Made by a program: the position numbers and the translations under genes. The notes under the pieces were generated by a model, which saw nothing but the letters and a program-made list of their open reading frames with translations, made no database searches and was not told the DNA's origin. A stretch of DNA of 64,000 nucleotides from Zancudomyces culisetae HAW-14-8. Its lineage: Eukaryota; Fungi; Kickxellomycota. Below are positions 24,543 to 35,655 of the stretch, piece by piece; positions within the stretch are counted from its first letter, which is position 1, and each line of letters begins with the position of its first letter. The stretch covers positions 1,612,001 through 1,676,000 of the forward strand of contig JBNJNM010000006.1 of NCBI GenBank assembly GCA_052426225.1, in the 5' to 3' direction.

Positions 24543-24743
24543 ACCAATACATCTGTATGTTTATTTACGTAAATATATTTTATCTTTTTCCTTTCGTTTC
24601 CTTTCTTTTGCTTTCCTTTCTTTATTTATTTTTTTTAAGCAAACGACTAGTTAAATGAATAAACTCTAATTAAATTGAAATGAAATACATCTATATAACC
24701 AACAACAAAAATATATATATAAGTTAAAAAATAAAAATGATAA

Positions 24744-25766
24744 TTAGATGAAATAGTGCTTTCCAGGCCCCGCCATCATACCATTTGTCCCTGGGTCACC
24801 TCTCAATCCGTCGCTACCAGCAGCACCGCCAGCAGCTCCTCCCAACATCCTACCATCATTAGGGAATATCTGTTCTTTATCTGGCACAGCTTGGAAAATT
24901 TGAAAGTTATCATCATTGACACAATCGGCGCCTCCCGATTCGACCCGCATAATGCTGGCCACATTTCCACACCGGTAACAATAGTTTGGTGCTGACCATA
25001 CAGTCACAAGGTTTCTTGCTCTAAACATAAACCGATACCCTTCCTGCACCAGCTGATGGGCTCTAGCTATCAACGAAAGGTTGTTGACATAGTTGAATTC
25101 TTCAGTTACTTTTGAACCAAACAGCCACCCTGCTCCTCTTGGCGATACTGCCCATCCATCAATATCCTCAGGATCTGACCACATCAAATCGCAAAACGGC
25201 CCTTCGTGCGGCACCTCTATACACCGCTGGATAGTTCGGATCTGGTCAAGCGTTCGCAAGTCTGGTGATAATCCACCATGTACACACAGTATTTTCCCAT
25301 CAATTACTGCTGCTATGGTTAGATAGTCAAATACCGAACAACAATATCGCCATACATTTGCGTTTCCATATTTGACCTGTACCTCATCATAAAAGCCATA
25401 CACCTGTGTAATCTGCCGACTTTCGTGGTTCCCTCTTAGCAATGTTATTCTGTCTGGATACATTAGCTTGAGACACATTAGCAGCGTAAACGTTTCCAAA
25501 CTATAATACCCACGATCTACAAAATCTCCCATAAATATATAGCTAGTTTGTTCGATCTGCCCTCCAACTCTGAACAATTTCAATAGATCGTAGAACTGTC
25601 CGTGAATATCTCCACATACCGTTACTGGTGAAGATACTGGTTGTACATTGGATTCCTCCATCAACAATTCCTTCACCATATCGCATAGTTTCTTCATTTG
25701 CTTTTCGGTCAAACATTTACAATTCTGTACTGTTTCTAACCACTCCTTTGGCGTTCCTAGCGACAT
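24744..25766 (-). CDS. SIT4: Ser/Thr protein phosphatase PP6/Sit4 catalytic subunit, 340 aa
   Basis: [57 protein letters not shown]. The GAGWLFG and LVQEG variants are PP6/Sit4-type. Confidence 0.92.
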   Translation of the reverse strand: MSLGTPKEWLETVQNCKCLTEKQMKKLCDMVKELLMEESNVQPVSSPVTVCGDIHGQFYDLLKLFRVGGQIEQTSYIFMGDFVDRGYYSLETFTLLMCLKLMYPDRITLLRGNHESRQITQVYGFYDEVQVKYGNANVWRYCCSVFDYLTIAAVIDGKILCVHGGLSPDLRTLDQIRTIQRCIEVPHEGPFCDLMWSDPEDIDGWAVSPRGAGWLFGSKVTEEFNYVNNLSLIARAHQLVQEGYRFMFRARNLVTVWSAPNYCYRCGNVASIMRVESGGADCVNDDNFQIFQAVPDKEQIFPNDGRMLGGAAGGAAGSDGLRGDPGTNGMMAGPGKHYFI

Positions 25767-28700
25767 TTTTGTTATTATTACTATTTATTTATTTTTTTGT
25801 TCGCTTTAACTTTTACACGGAAATATTTTCGTGTTCAGAATTCTAAATCCAAATTATCTTTTGCCTATTCGAATCTATGTCGTTCCTTTTTTTTTCTCTC
25901 TCTCTCTTTTGATCTCTGTCTTTTATTCAGATCACTTTGTATTATACAAATATTTGCAGGTCTTTGTTTTCGTTTTTGTTTATCGTTTCGTAGTACTTTT
26001 TCCAAAATTTTGTTTGATCTAAAACTTTCATGTAGAAAAATAAAAAGAAAAACTTGTAATTAATCAAATGAATTCGTTTCTTTCTATTATATTTTTTGTA
26101 TTAGTATAGTACAATAAGGAATCTTTTTATCTAGACAACCCGTTGTTTTTTATTTTGCTTTTGAAACTATATTCCAGCACATGTTTAGTACATTTAGCTG
26201 CCATTTAAAAAAAAATATAAAAAGTAAAAAATAAAAATCTAGCTGAATAATTCATTTTTTCATCATTATTCAATTCCCTCCCCCTTTTTTTTTCCTCCCT
26301 CATTTATTTTTATTTTTATTTTTATTTTTACTTTTATTATTTTATTTTTTGTCAATTTCGCCTGTTATTCAATTAGTTTTTAATGTGATAAAAAAATTCA
26401 AAATCCACTAATTATTCTAGGCACTTTTTTTTTTTTGCGTACTATTTAGACTATCCAATTAATCAACGCATTGATAGTAAAAAAATTATTCCTTGCATTT
26501 TTAGTTTTTCATCAATTATCCTTCAAGTAGTATAATTTTATGTCATCTACTTTTATCATTCAAATATATCCATGCCGTTCTTATGCTCTTGCAATCCTTT
26601 CTTTTTTTTTTTTTCCAATTTTGTCATTGCTGAAGGGTTTTAGGTAAACTTCAACTTTTACAATTAGCGTTTTTACTTTATTAAAATTACCTCCAAATTA
26701 AAATAAAAAAACCTTGCACTTTAAATTCGCAGTTAATGACATAGTAAAAGTAACAGACTTGAATATTACTAAAAAATAAAATTTCCTCCCTCCCTCCCCC
26801 CCTACTAACCATCAACCACCAACCTGCCAACGACCCATCCCAAGTTAAATATACAAAAGTATATACGTTTATTTATTTTTGGTATGTGTACAATATTTGA
26901 CAGCCTTTACTTTTACAAACCTGCTAATAATACTGAAGTTTGATCCCAATCACCATATCCTTATAAAATTATTAGATTGTGGAAAAAAAGTGCTTGAAAT
27001 CTAGCTGTGGCAAGAAAATAAGGAAGAAGGGGGGGGAGGACGGGAGGACGGGAGGGGTACGTCTAACAGACTTAGCAACCCCATTCACGTAGATAAACTC
27101 ATCAATTACCAATACCTCCCCCCCCTCCCCCCCTCCTCCCCGCCATCGCTTTCTTCAATGTATACTTGGGACAAAATATTTTTAAATGCTTTTTCTCTTC
27201 ATTTACGTTACTCTGACTCTTTCCAAGACCTTTTTTTTCAGCAAAAAAAAAAAAAAAAAGAACGGAGAAATATAGTGAATATCTTTTTATAAGGCCATTA
27301 AAACAAGTTTTGTATGCCCTTTTTTTCTTTTCTCTTGTAGTCTGGTTTTGTATATTCTCAACTGTTTTAAATAGCTGAAGTTTATGCTTATCAACTGATG
27401 AGTATTCGTCTTTCCTAATTATCAACCCAAACTTTACCTCTCTCACCTCTCATTCATTGTCCACCAAGATAACAGCATTATACAAGTGTTTATCCATTCA
27501 CTCCAAATCTGAACTATATAAAAATAAAACGGGAGGGGAGGGGGTGGGGGTGTGTTTAACAAAATGTCGACTTGTGTTGTAAATTATAGATCCAAGTATA
27601 TTGCGTCAAGACATCAAATCATACTTGTAAGTACATGTATTAAATTATTATTACTATTTTTTATTTACTGATTCCATAATGAATCGTAATACTACTAGCA
27701 CCGCAAAGCGATATCTATTTGTTTTTACTTTTTACTCATTCATTCATTCATTTATTCATTTATTCATTTATTCATCGACATACTTAATCTAGAAACTAGA
27801 AATCATTGACTATTTAATGTTAGCAAACAAGGGAGAAAAAGAAGGTCAACTGGAGAAATAATCACTTTTCTATTATTTTCAATTTCTACTCAGACCGAAA
27901 TGCTGGGGGGATCAGATAAAAGTATGCAGGCCCAATGTAATGGAGGAAAACCGTTTCTCGTTCTGTGTTTACAAAAAAAAGGGGGAGTAAGAGAGTAAAA
28001 AGATACCATTGATAAAATCCAAATGTAAAAACCATGCTGTTCTTAAACTATGAATGTAACTTACAATAAAAAAAGGGGGAGATGGAGCAGGGGTAGGCAG
28101 TGGGTGATAGGAAGTGGAGAAGAAAATCAATATGTAAATCACAAGTATGTCAATTTCCCATTCATATGGATAGGAAGGAAGAGGATATAAATTGGCTATA
28201 GTGTTGTTAATATCATATTCATATTCATATTCATATTCATTTCTTTTTTTTTATTACTAACTTTTGGAGCAAAACAAAAAAGAATAATCACACTAAACAA
28301 CATGTACAAATATGGTGGAATAAATTAAGGCCAAATTGGGATATATTGGTAAGACTTTTATTTTTTATATATTTTTTCTGTGAGTGTTTTTATTTTGTAA
28401 AATCTGGTAAAGGACAACATTGAAGATTGACAATAAGTGTATTATTGTTTTTATGTCCAGTATATCTCTACAAACTGGTCATAAAAAGTCAAAATTTATA
28501 AATCCATAAATTTATAAATTGGTGATACTATTATTTTTTTGGAGAACAAGGAAAAATTATGAAACCAAAAAATAAAATAAAATACACTAACGTTACTAAT
28601 TCGTGTTGCGGCTTTTACTGTATCTATTTTTTTAATTTCTTTTCAATTTCTTTTCTTAACTAACTATATACCTACATAATCTTTAACTTATTAACTACTA

Positions 28701-29623
28701 ACTGTACAATATCTGACTATATTAACTCACTTTTTATAAAATGTGGAGGGGGGGAGGGTGGGGGGTTTTTTCCTTATCTTTATTATTTCTTAACTTTGTT
28801 TCCTCGCGGCTTATCCAATTCGCGTTGATTATAATTATTGTGAATTGCTATTGTCGGCTATGGCACCAAGCTTTTTTTTTCTTGTTTTCTAATTTTGACT
28901 TTGAAGTCTTTGCAGAAATTGGAAAAAGGAAGGTGGGATGGGAGAGAGAAAGAGAGAAAGAGGGAGAAGGAGGAGGGATCGTGAGGAGCCGAACATTGTT
29001 CAATAGATTTACAATTTAGCAGCCAAATGTCACCACATAAACATATTACTAATTCGGCAGGAAATAAATAGTTTGCAAGTTACTCAGAACCCTATTAGAT
29101 TTGAATCACTACTAAAAATACCCACGCAAAATATCCTAGTCATCACCTTAATTTTTGCGGATAAAATTGTCTAGTGCTTGTATACAAAAAACATATAATT
29201 AGAGTGAAATAAAATGAAATGAAATAAACGTGAAATTAAGTAAAAAAATAAAATAAAAATGAATGGTAAAGTATGGATTTAAAACATAGCATTCTACCAA
29301 CCCAAGTTTAGACTAACTAGCTTTTACAGCAAATAAAATATAAACAGCAAAAGCAAGAGACTTCTTAGAGGCAGGCGAGAGGCATTTCAATGAGTAAATA
29401 TAAATAACTAGTACAGAACCAAACTAAATTAGAATAAACTAAAACAAGTGTCTTTAAAACCAAAAAACTACGTAAAATACACCAAGGTGGGGCGGGAGAG
29501 CTGTTAAATAAACCAAATTTGTAATCCTTTCATAAAAAAAAATCCAACAGCAACAACACCAACAGCAGATATAAGCCGTTTGGGTAGGATTATATCACAG
29601 TGACTAAACAAATACAAATATAA

Positions 29624-29735
29624 AGACAAGGACAAGGACAAGGAAAAGGAAAAGGAAAAGAACAAAAGGTAAATACGCATTTAAAGCGGTACGAAACAAA
29701 ACGAAGCGAAACAAAACGAAACAAAACGAAACAAG
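29624..29735. repeat. Simple repeats upstream of CLA4: (GACAAG)n, (GAAAAG)n, (AAACGAAACA)n
   Basis: Directly visible. Confidence 0.75.
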
Positions 29736-29885
29736 GCTAAGTGAAAACCCTTTGGACTTGAATATTCCGACTAAACAAGAGTAAACGAGAGAAAGAGCGA
29801 CAAAGAGAAAAATAAAACATACAGAGAGGATAATAAACAACTAGATAATACCACATGTGTAGAGTACAGCAAACATAAATATAAA

Positions 29886-31119
29886 ATGTCAACAATAATA
29901 AAATCAGGCGAAATACACCTCAAGGAAACGTGGTCTTGGGCAAAACGGTGGGGTACGCTACGAACGCACACGCTTTCCTTTTACAAAAGTGAGTTCTCGG
30001 CACAAATTGCGCTTTTGATATATCTGAAGGATATTTTAGGCGTAAAACGATCCGAATTAAAGACGTATTGTATTGAAATCGAGTCGAAGGATAGAATATA
30101 CTATTTGCAATGCAAAAACGACAATGATTTATATTCGTGGTTGGATGCAATATATGAGGTAGGTATTTGTAATATTCTATGTTTATTACTTTTTTCTTCT
30201 ATTTATTTTCAAGGACAGGCAGCACCAAGTGGTACGAGTAGGACTTTTGAACAGAAACAAATAATTCAGTAGTAAAAAAAAAGATAATAAAAAAGTAATG
30301 TGTTGTAAAATTCTTGTGGTTCTTAGAACAGCCCAGCCTTGACAAATGTGTCTACACCGTCAAACTTTTACCACAAGGTACATGTAGACTTTGACCCCGA
30401 AAGTGGAGCGTTTACTGTAAGTACTTCAGAACTTTTTTTAATATATTTTGTATACAAACAGACAATAAAACACAAAACATTTATAATTATAAATATACTG
30501 TTTCAAAACATAATAGGGATTGCCTAATCAATGGAAGCAACTACTACAAACATCGAACATTACTAAGCAGGATTATGAGCATGACCCACAAGCAGTGCTG
30601 GACGTTCTTGAATTTTATACTAAAAACAACGAAGTTATAAAGGAAGGGAGATACGAGGATATTTTCCAACCAGAAGCCGAGAAACAAAATGTAACTACCA
30701 GCGGGAAAACAAATGGAAGTGCAGCCATAGACACAACGAGTAAAAACGATAACGGTGCAAACGAGCTAGAGATGAGGAAGGCGAAACAACAGCTTGAACA
30801 ACTGCGAAAATTCCAACAATTCCAAAAACAACAAAGCCTGCAGTCATCATCACCGATTCCTGGCGATATAAAAAGCGAAGTTGACAAGAGAATAGAAAAA
30901 GTAAAACAAGATATAGTTAAGGGCGAGGGAGCCAGATCTCCGCCGCAGATGGGAAATGAACTTCCAAGAAAACCCAGCGTTCCCAAGAAGCCAGAAAACA
31001 ATACTTTTGTCACCAAGAAAAAGGAGGCATTTGATTTACTTGTAGATAAGATAGAAAAGGCAAAAATCAGTGCAAAAAAGACTGAGCAGAAACAACAGCA
31101 AAAGCCACAACAACAACAA

Positions 31120-31151
<32 letters not shown>

Positions 31152-32046
31152 AACTAGACTGTCCTTGCTTGGAGAGGCACAGATTATGGAAAAATTGGCA
31201 GAACTAGTATCCAAAGAAGATCCTAAAAGTCTATATTCCAAAGTAAAGAAAATAGGTCAGGGTGCATCAGGAAGTGTATATTTGGCCAAATCATTGCGAA
31301 ATAAACGACAGGTGGCTATCAAACAGATGGATTTGAAAAAACAACCCCGGAAGGAGCTGCTAGTTAACGAAATCCAGGTTATGCGCGGTTCGCAGCACCA
31401 AAACATTGTCAACTATATTGAATCATTTTTGATTACTAGGACAGAACTCTGGGTTGTGATGGAATACATGAATGGCGGTGCGCTTACTGATGTCATTGAG
31501 AACAATCGACTCAGCGAAATGCAAATGGCCACAATCTCGGCTGAGGTCTGCAAAGGGCTGGATCATCTACACAGCCAGAGCATCATCCATCGTGACATCA
31601 AGTCCGACAACATTCTGCTGGGCGAAGATGGTCAAGTTAAAATCACCGACTTTGGATTTTGTGCAAGGCTTTCTGAGCAGCGAAACAAGCGCGCCACAAT
31701 GGTGGGCACGCCTTACTGGATGGCGCCTGAAGTAGTAAAACAGAAACCATACGGATTCAAAGTCGATGTATGGTCATTAGGAATTATGGTTATCGAGATG
31801 ATTGAGTCTGAACCTCCATACCTTGACGAAGAGCCTCTCAAGGCGCTATACCTAATAGCTAGCAACGGCACGCCAACTCTAAAGAATCCAGGGGCTTTAA
31901 GTCTGGAAATCAAATCGTTTTTGGCCGAATGTTTGACCGTCGACGTTGACAGCCGCGCCACAATCTCTGAGCTTTTGCATCACAGCTTTATTTCAAAGCT
32001 TTCTAGACCTTCTTCTATTTTAATTCCTTTATTACTCTCAAAATAA
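29886..32046 (+). CDS. CLA4: Cla4/Skm1-like PAK kinase (PH, CRIB, kinase), ~630 aa; exons 29886-30158, 30327-30416, 30517-32046
   Basis: PH domain (WAKRWGTLR..LYSWLDAIY), CRIB (VSTPSNFYHKVHVDFD..FTGLPNQW), kinase (GQGASGSV, HRDIKSDN, DFGFCA, KRATMVGTPYWMAPE). Both introns phase 0. Confidence 0.93.
31108..31152 (+). repeat. (CAA)n(CAG)n polyglutamine tract in CLA4
   Basis: Directly visible; encodes 15 consecutive Gln. Confidence 0.95.
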
Positions 32047-32101
32047 TTACAATCCTCTTTATACTATCGTTGCTATAAAATTTATTTAAACAAATGTAAA
32101 A

Positions 32102-33509
32102 TTATTGGTGGCTAGAGTTGGTTAAAAACAATCCGTTTTTATACATGTGTTGGTGATGTGCAACGTTGTTTCCAAATGCGCTAAAGCTGCTAACCGGAAA
32201 ACTGCTTGTCCCGAATTCCCCTGTACACGTAACCCACCCAAACTTCTCCTTAAATGCCGATATCGCTGGAACAAATGCATGGTAGCACCCACTGTCTGAT
32301 GCAAGACTAAGCATACTATTATTAATTTCATTTTTCATTATTATTTTCCACCGTCTTTGTTTGTATTATCTCTTTACTCAACAAAAATAAAAATAAAATT
32401 TTTAAAATACTTACCTTTTTTCCCATTCTGCAACTACCGACTGTCCCAAAAAGTGCCCGCTTTCTATCCATGCTGCCGATGCAACAATCGCCTTTAACCA
32501 CCCATCTGCCATATGCCTTATTGAATCTGTTCTTATCCAGTTCATCCCCTCTTCCCCACTGCCTTGGTGGCCCTCCTTCTGCTCCCACCTTGGCATCCTA
32601 CACACTATTGTTGTGGCTTGTATTAACAGCATAAACCACTCTGATGGATGTGATAACGTTGGAAGAGGTTGGTATGGTCGTGCTGTGACACTTCCTGCCC
32701 CCCTAGCCCCTTCCCTTTCTTCTTCCCTTCGTGTTTCTCTTGAAGTTAATCCCGTTTGGCTATAATAATCCATATATCGCACTATTGTATTGTGCAGTTC
32801 CATGAGCGCTGGTCGAACTCTATTAAATGTATATTCATCAAACACTGGCCCATTTTTGTTGTATGGAAGTAGATTCTGTACTTTATTCTCTAATTTCTCT
32901 AATTGCTCTATTGCCCGCTCCACCGAAGGTGCTGGTAACAGTTCCCTAACCGTACTCTTTAGTCCCTCGTTTTTTTCTACCATTTTTATTATCATTTGCA
33001 CCAACTCTCCTTTGTCTAGACTCTCTATGCTTCGTTTCAAAATATAATCCTCCTCCTCTTTCTCATTTCTCTCAACATTTATTATAACGCCCTTGTGTCT
33101 TTTCCTAATACTCCTAGTATCTACTGCTTGGTATTCGTGGTTTTCTTTCCTGTTTCCTACATCTAGTACCTCCTCATCCATGCTTACATCTTCTGAACTT
33201 AATCTCCTTTTATTCTCTATGTTTTATTAATTCATTTTTTAAAATCAATGTCTGCTTTTGTTTGTTACATTTTTAACTACATTTCTTCACAATCACCATC
33301 TCACTGACGGGATGCTGGTAAATCATCTATCTATCTATCCGTGTATCTATATATATATACGTACTCTTACTATGTTTTTTTTCTGCTTCATGGTATTCCA
33401 TGGGTTTTTCTCCAGAAAAGGCACTCGCAGTTTGTAGAAAGCCGCTCCCCTCAATTGGTGCCAATATCCCCGCTCCCCATTTTGCCTCCTGTCTCTTTCC
33501 GTACCCCAT
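32102..33509 (-). CDS. STS1: Sts1/Cut8 nuclear proteasome tethering factor, ~384 aa; exons 33509-33371, 33216-32415, 32315-32102
   Basis: LKRSIESLDKGELVQMI..LPAPSV..LPY..DEYTFNRVRPALMEL, HPSEWF, and C-terminal FGW. Basic KNKRR NLS-like patch. Intron phases (1 and 2) are consistent. Confidence 0.85.
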
Positions 33510-34481
33510 GTTCTTCTTGGGGGTTTTTTTTTCTTCTGGGTTATGTAGTATTAATCTTTTAAATTGACGAGTTACCAAAATTTAACAATATAATACCATT
33601 TGCGTTTTTTGATATTTTTATTTATATAGCCTTTTGATAATTTTATATTTATGACGTATTGTAAAAAAAAAAAACACGACCTTGAACTAGTTTTTTTTTC
33701 TTCATTTTGCACATACTTTACTTTTTACACTTACTTGAGAAATGGGCTATACAAAACTAATAAAAAAAATTTTTATAACTACATCTTTCGCACACCCGGA
33801 TCCCCCCCCCTCATTTTTCCTCAACGGCCTCACTCTCCCACTCTGCTGCTCCCATAATCTCACAATCTCACAATCTCATAATTCCCCTCCCCCTCTTCTC
33901 TCCACCACTTGTTCGTTTCGTTACCAACTGTGAAAAATTGGGATGCATGTTTATTGGCGTCTTAAAATCCGTGTTCATAGTTTGCTTGTTTTTCCAAAGA
34001 TTTTTGAATGAATTGTGGTGTTCGTGGCCACTGAACATAAATATAATTTTCTGAGGGGGGTTTTTTTTCCTTTTGATAGTGCCCATTTTTACCAAAAGGT
34101 AAAATCAAAAATAATGATATAAAAGTGATATTCCGTTTTTACTGGCTTCAATGGACGTTATAAATATAGTAGAAATTCGTCATCATATCCCAATTGGCCG
34201 AGGTCGATATGCGGAAAAAGCTTTTCCTTTCGCTAGCAATTCTGCTTTTACGTGAAACCTACCAAAAAAAAAACAGTTAGACTTGTTCTTATTTTTTGCA
34301 TTTACTCGTTTTGTAGAGAATCCGGAAAGTATGGCTGTCATAGCAAGTAACATTGTGCATATTGCGTACATTTTTCCGCTTTTCCAGTTTGGCCAGAGTG
34401 CAACTAGCCTTACTGTTATTTTCATACAAGTATTCCATTTACCATTGGCGATACATGTCATAGCAAATGTGTACACGCCCT

Positions 34482-34517
<36 letters not shown>
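34482..34517. repeat. (CT)n microsatellite
   Basis: Directly visible. Confidence 0.9.
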
Positions 34518-35655
34518 CCACTCCCACTCCTCCCTCCTCATCCAAGACTATTTTCTTGAAGTTATAAATCTTCTTGTATTTTGTTTTTCTCTTTGTTCAA
34601 TTTGCTTGTTGATGTATTCCCAACGCACAAATAAATACCAAGAAAATCTACATTATTCCAACCCCTCATCCCTCTTCCAGAAGCTTGATGATTCATGATG
34701 ATTCCTGATGCCATTGGAAGTTGTACTACAACCCCACTCATTGTTTATTCCTGAATTCATCTACAAGAACTGCAAAAATGCCATTGTTATTACCACTGGC
34801 TTTTACCTTGACCTAAACCTGTCTTCCCACTCCCTGTCATTTTATTTTTCCCTTCCGTTTTTTGGTTCAACCTGACCGTCGTCTATTTGTCCTTAAATCT
34901 AAAATAATCTTTGGGGTTGTTATATTTGTTTGTTCACCCAACTCCCTCGCAGAACGGGGTGGGCGGGATTACTCCACCAGAAGCAACTTTTTATCACCTT
35001 CCCCTTGAATATATAGTCCCATATCAACTTGTACTCTACAGGGGAGTGGTGCGAGAGATGTGAGGAGAGCATGAGTGAAAAAGGAGACAGAATCATTTGT
35101 ATAAATTAAAAATTTCATGCTCCTATTGCTCTCTGGCTCAGTTTCCTACTTGTTAGAAACACGGCTTTCACAGAACGCCCTTTTCCATGCATTGTAAAAT
35201 CAAGGCTCTGAATATCACCCCCCCCCTTTTTTTTTTCAAGCGTGATGACTCTTAGGGAAAATATTTTCTTGTAGGATAAAGACTCAAAGGAAAACATGTA
35301 CCCATTCTTTTGCAAAATAATGTTTCTTTCGGGGTTTTCAAGACATCGAGGGTGAATGGTGGCAAAGATTTTCCGGCTCAAAGTTCCTCGAACCGATTTC
35401 CTCTCCGAAATATCTCACTAATATACACCAAAAAATACATTAACAACCAAGTAGTGGCATTCAGCCGTAGTATCGAGTGCAACAAAGAAAAAACATGGGC
35501 TACCAAACCAAAACACACCACCATTCATTGAATATGCTTGAGCATTTATTTGCCATCTATATATTACATATTTATCAAGCTATATCGGCCACATGACCTC
35601 TAGGGATTGGCACTAAAGTTTCTATATATAAAAATCTATCAATACTATTGCCGTG

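Noticed and set aside
34685-34755. TGATGA..CTGA boxes suggesting a C/D snoRNA
   Set aside because: The boxes arise from a short tandem repeat; no rRNA-complementary guide recognised.
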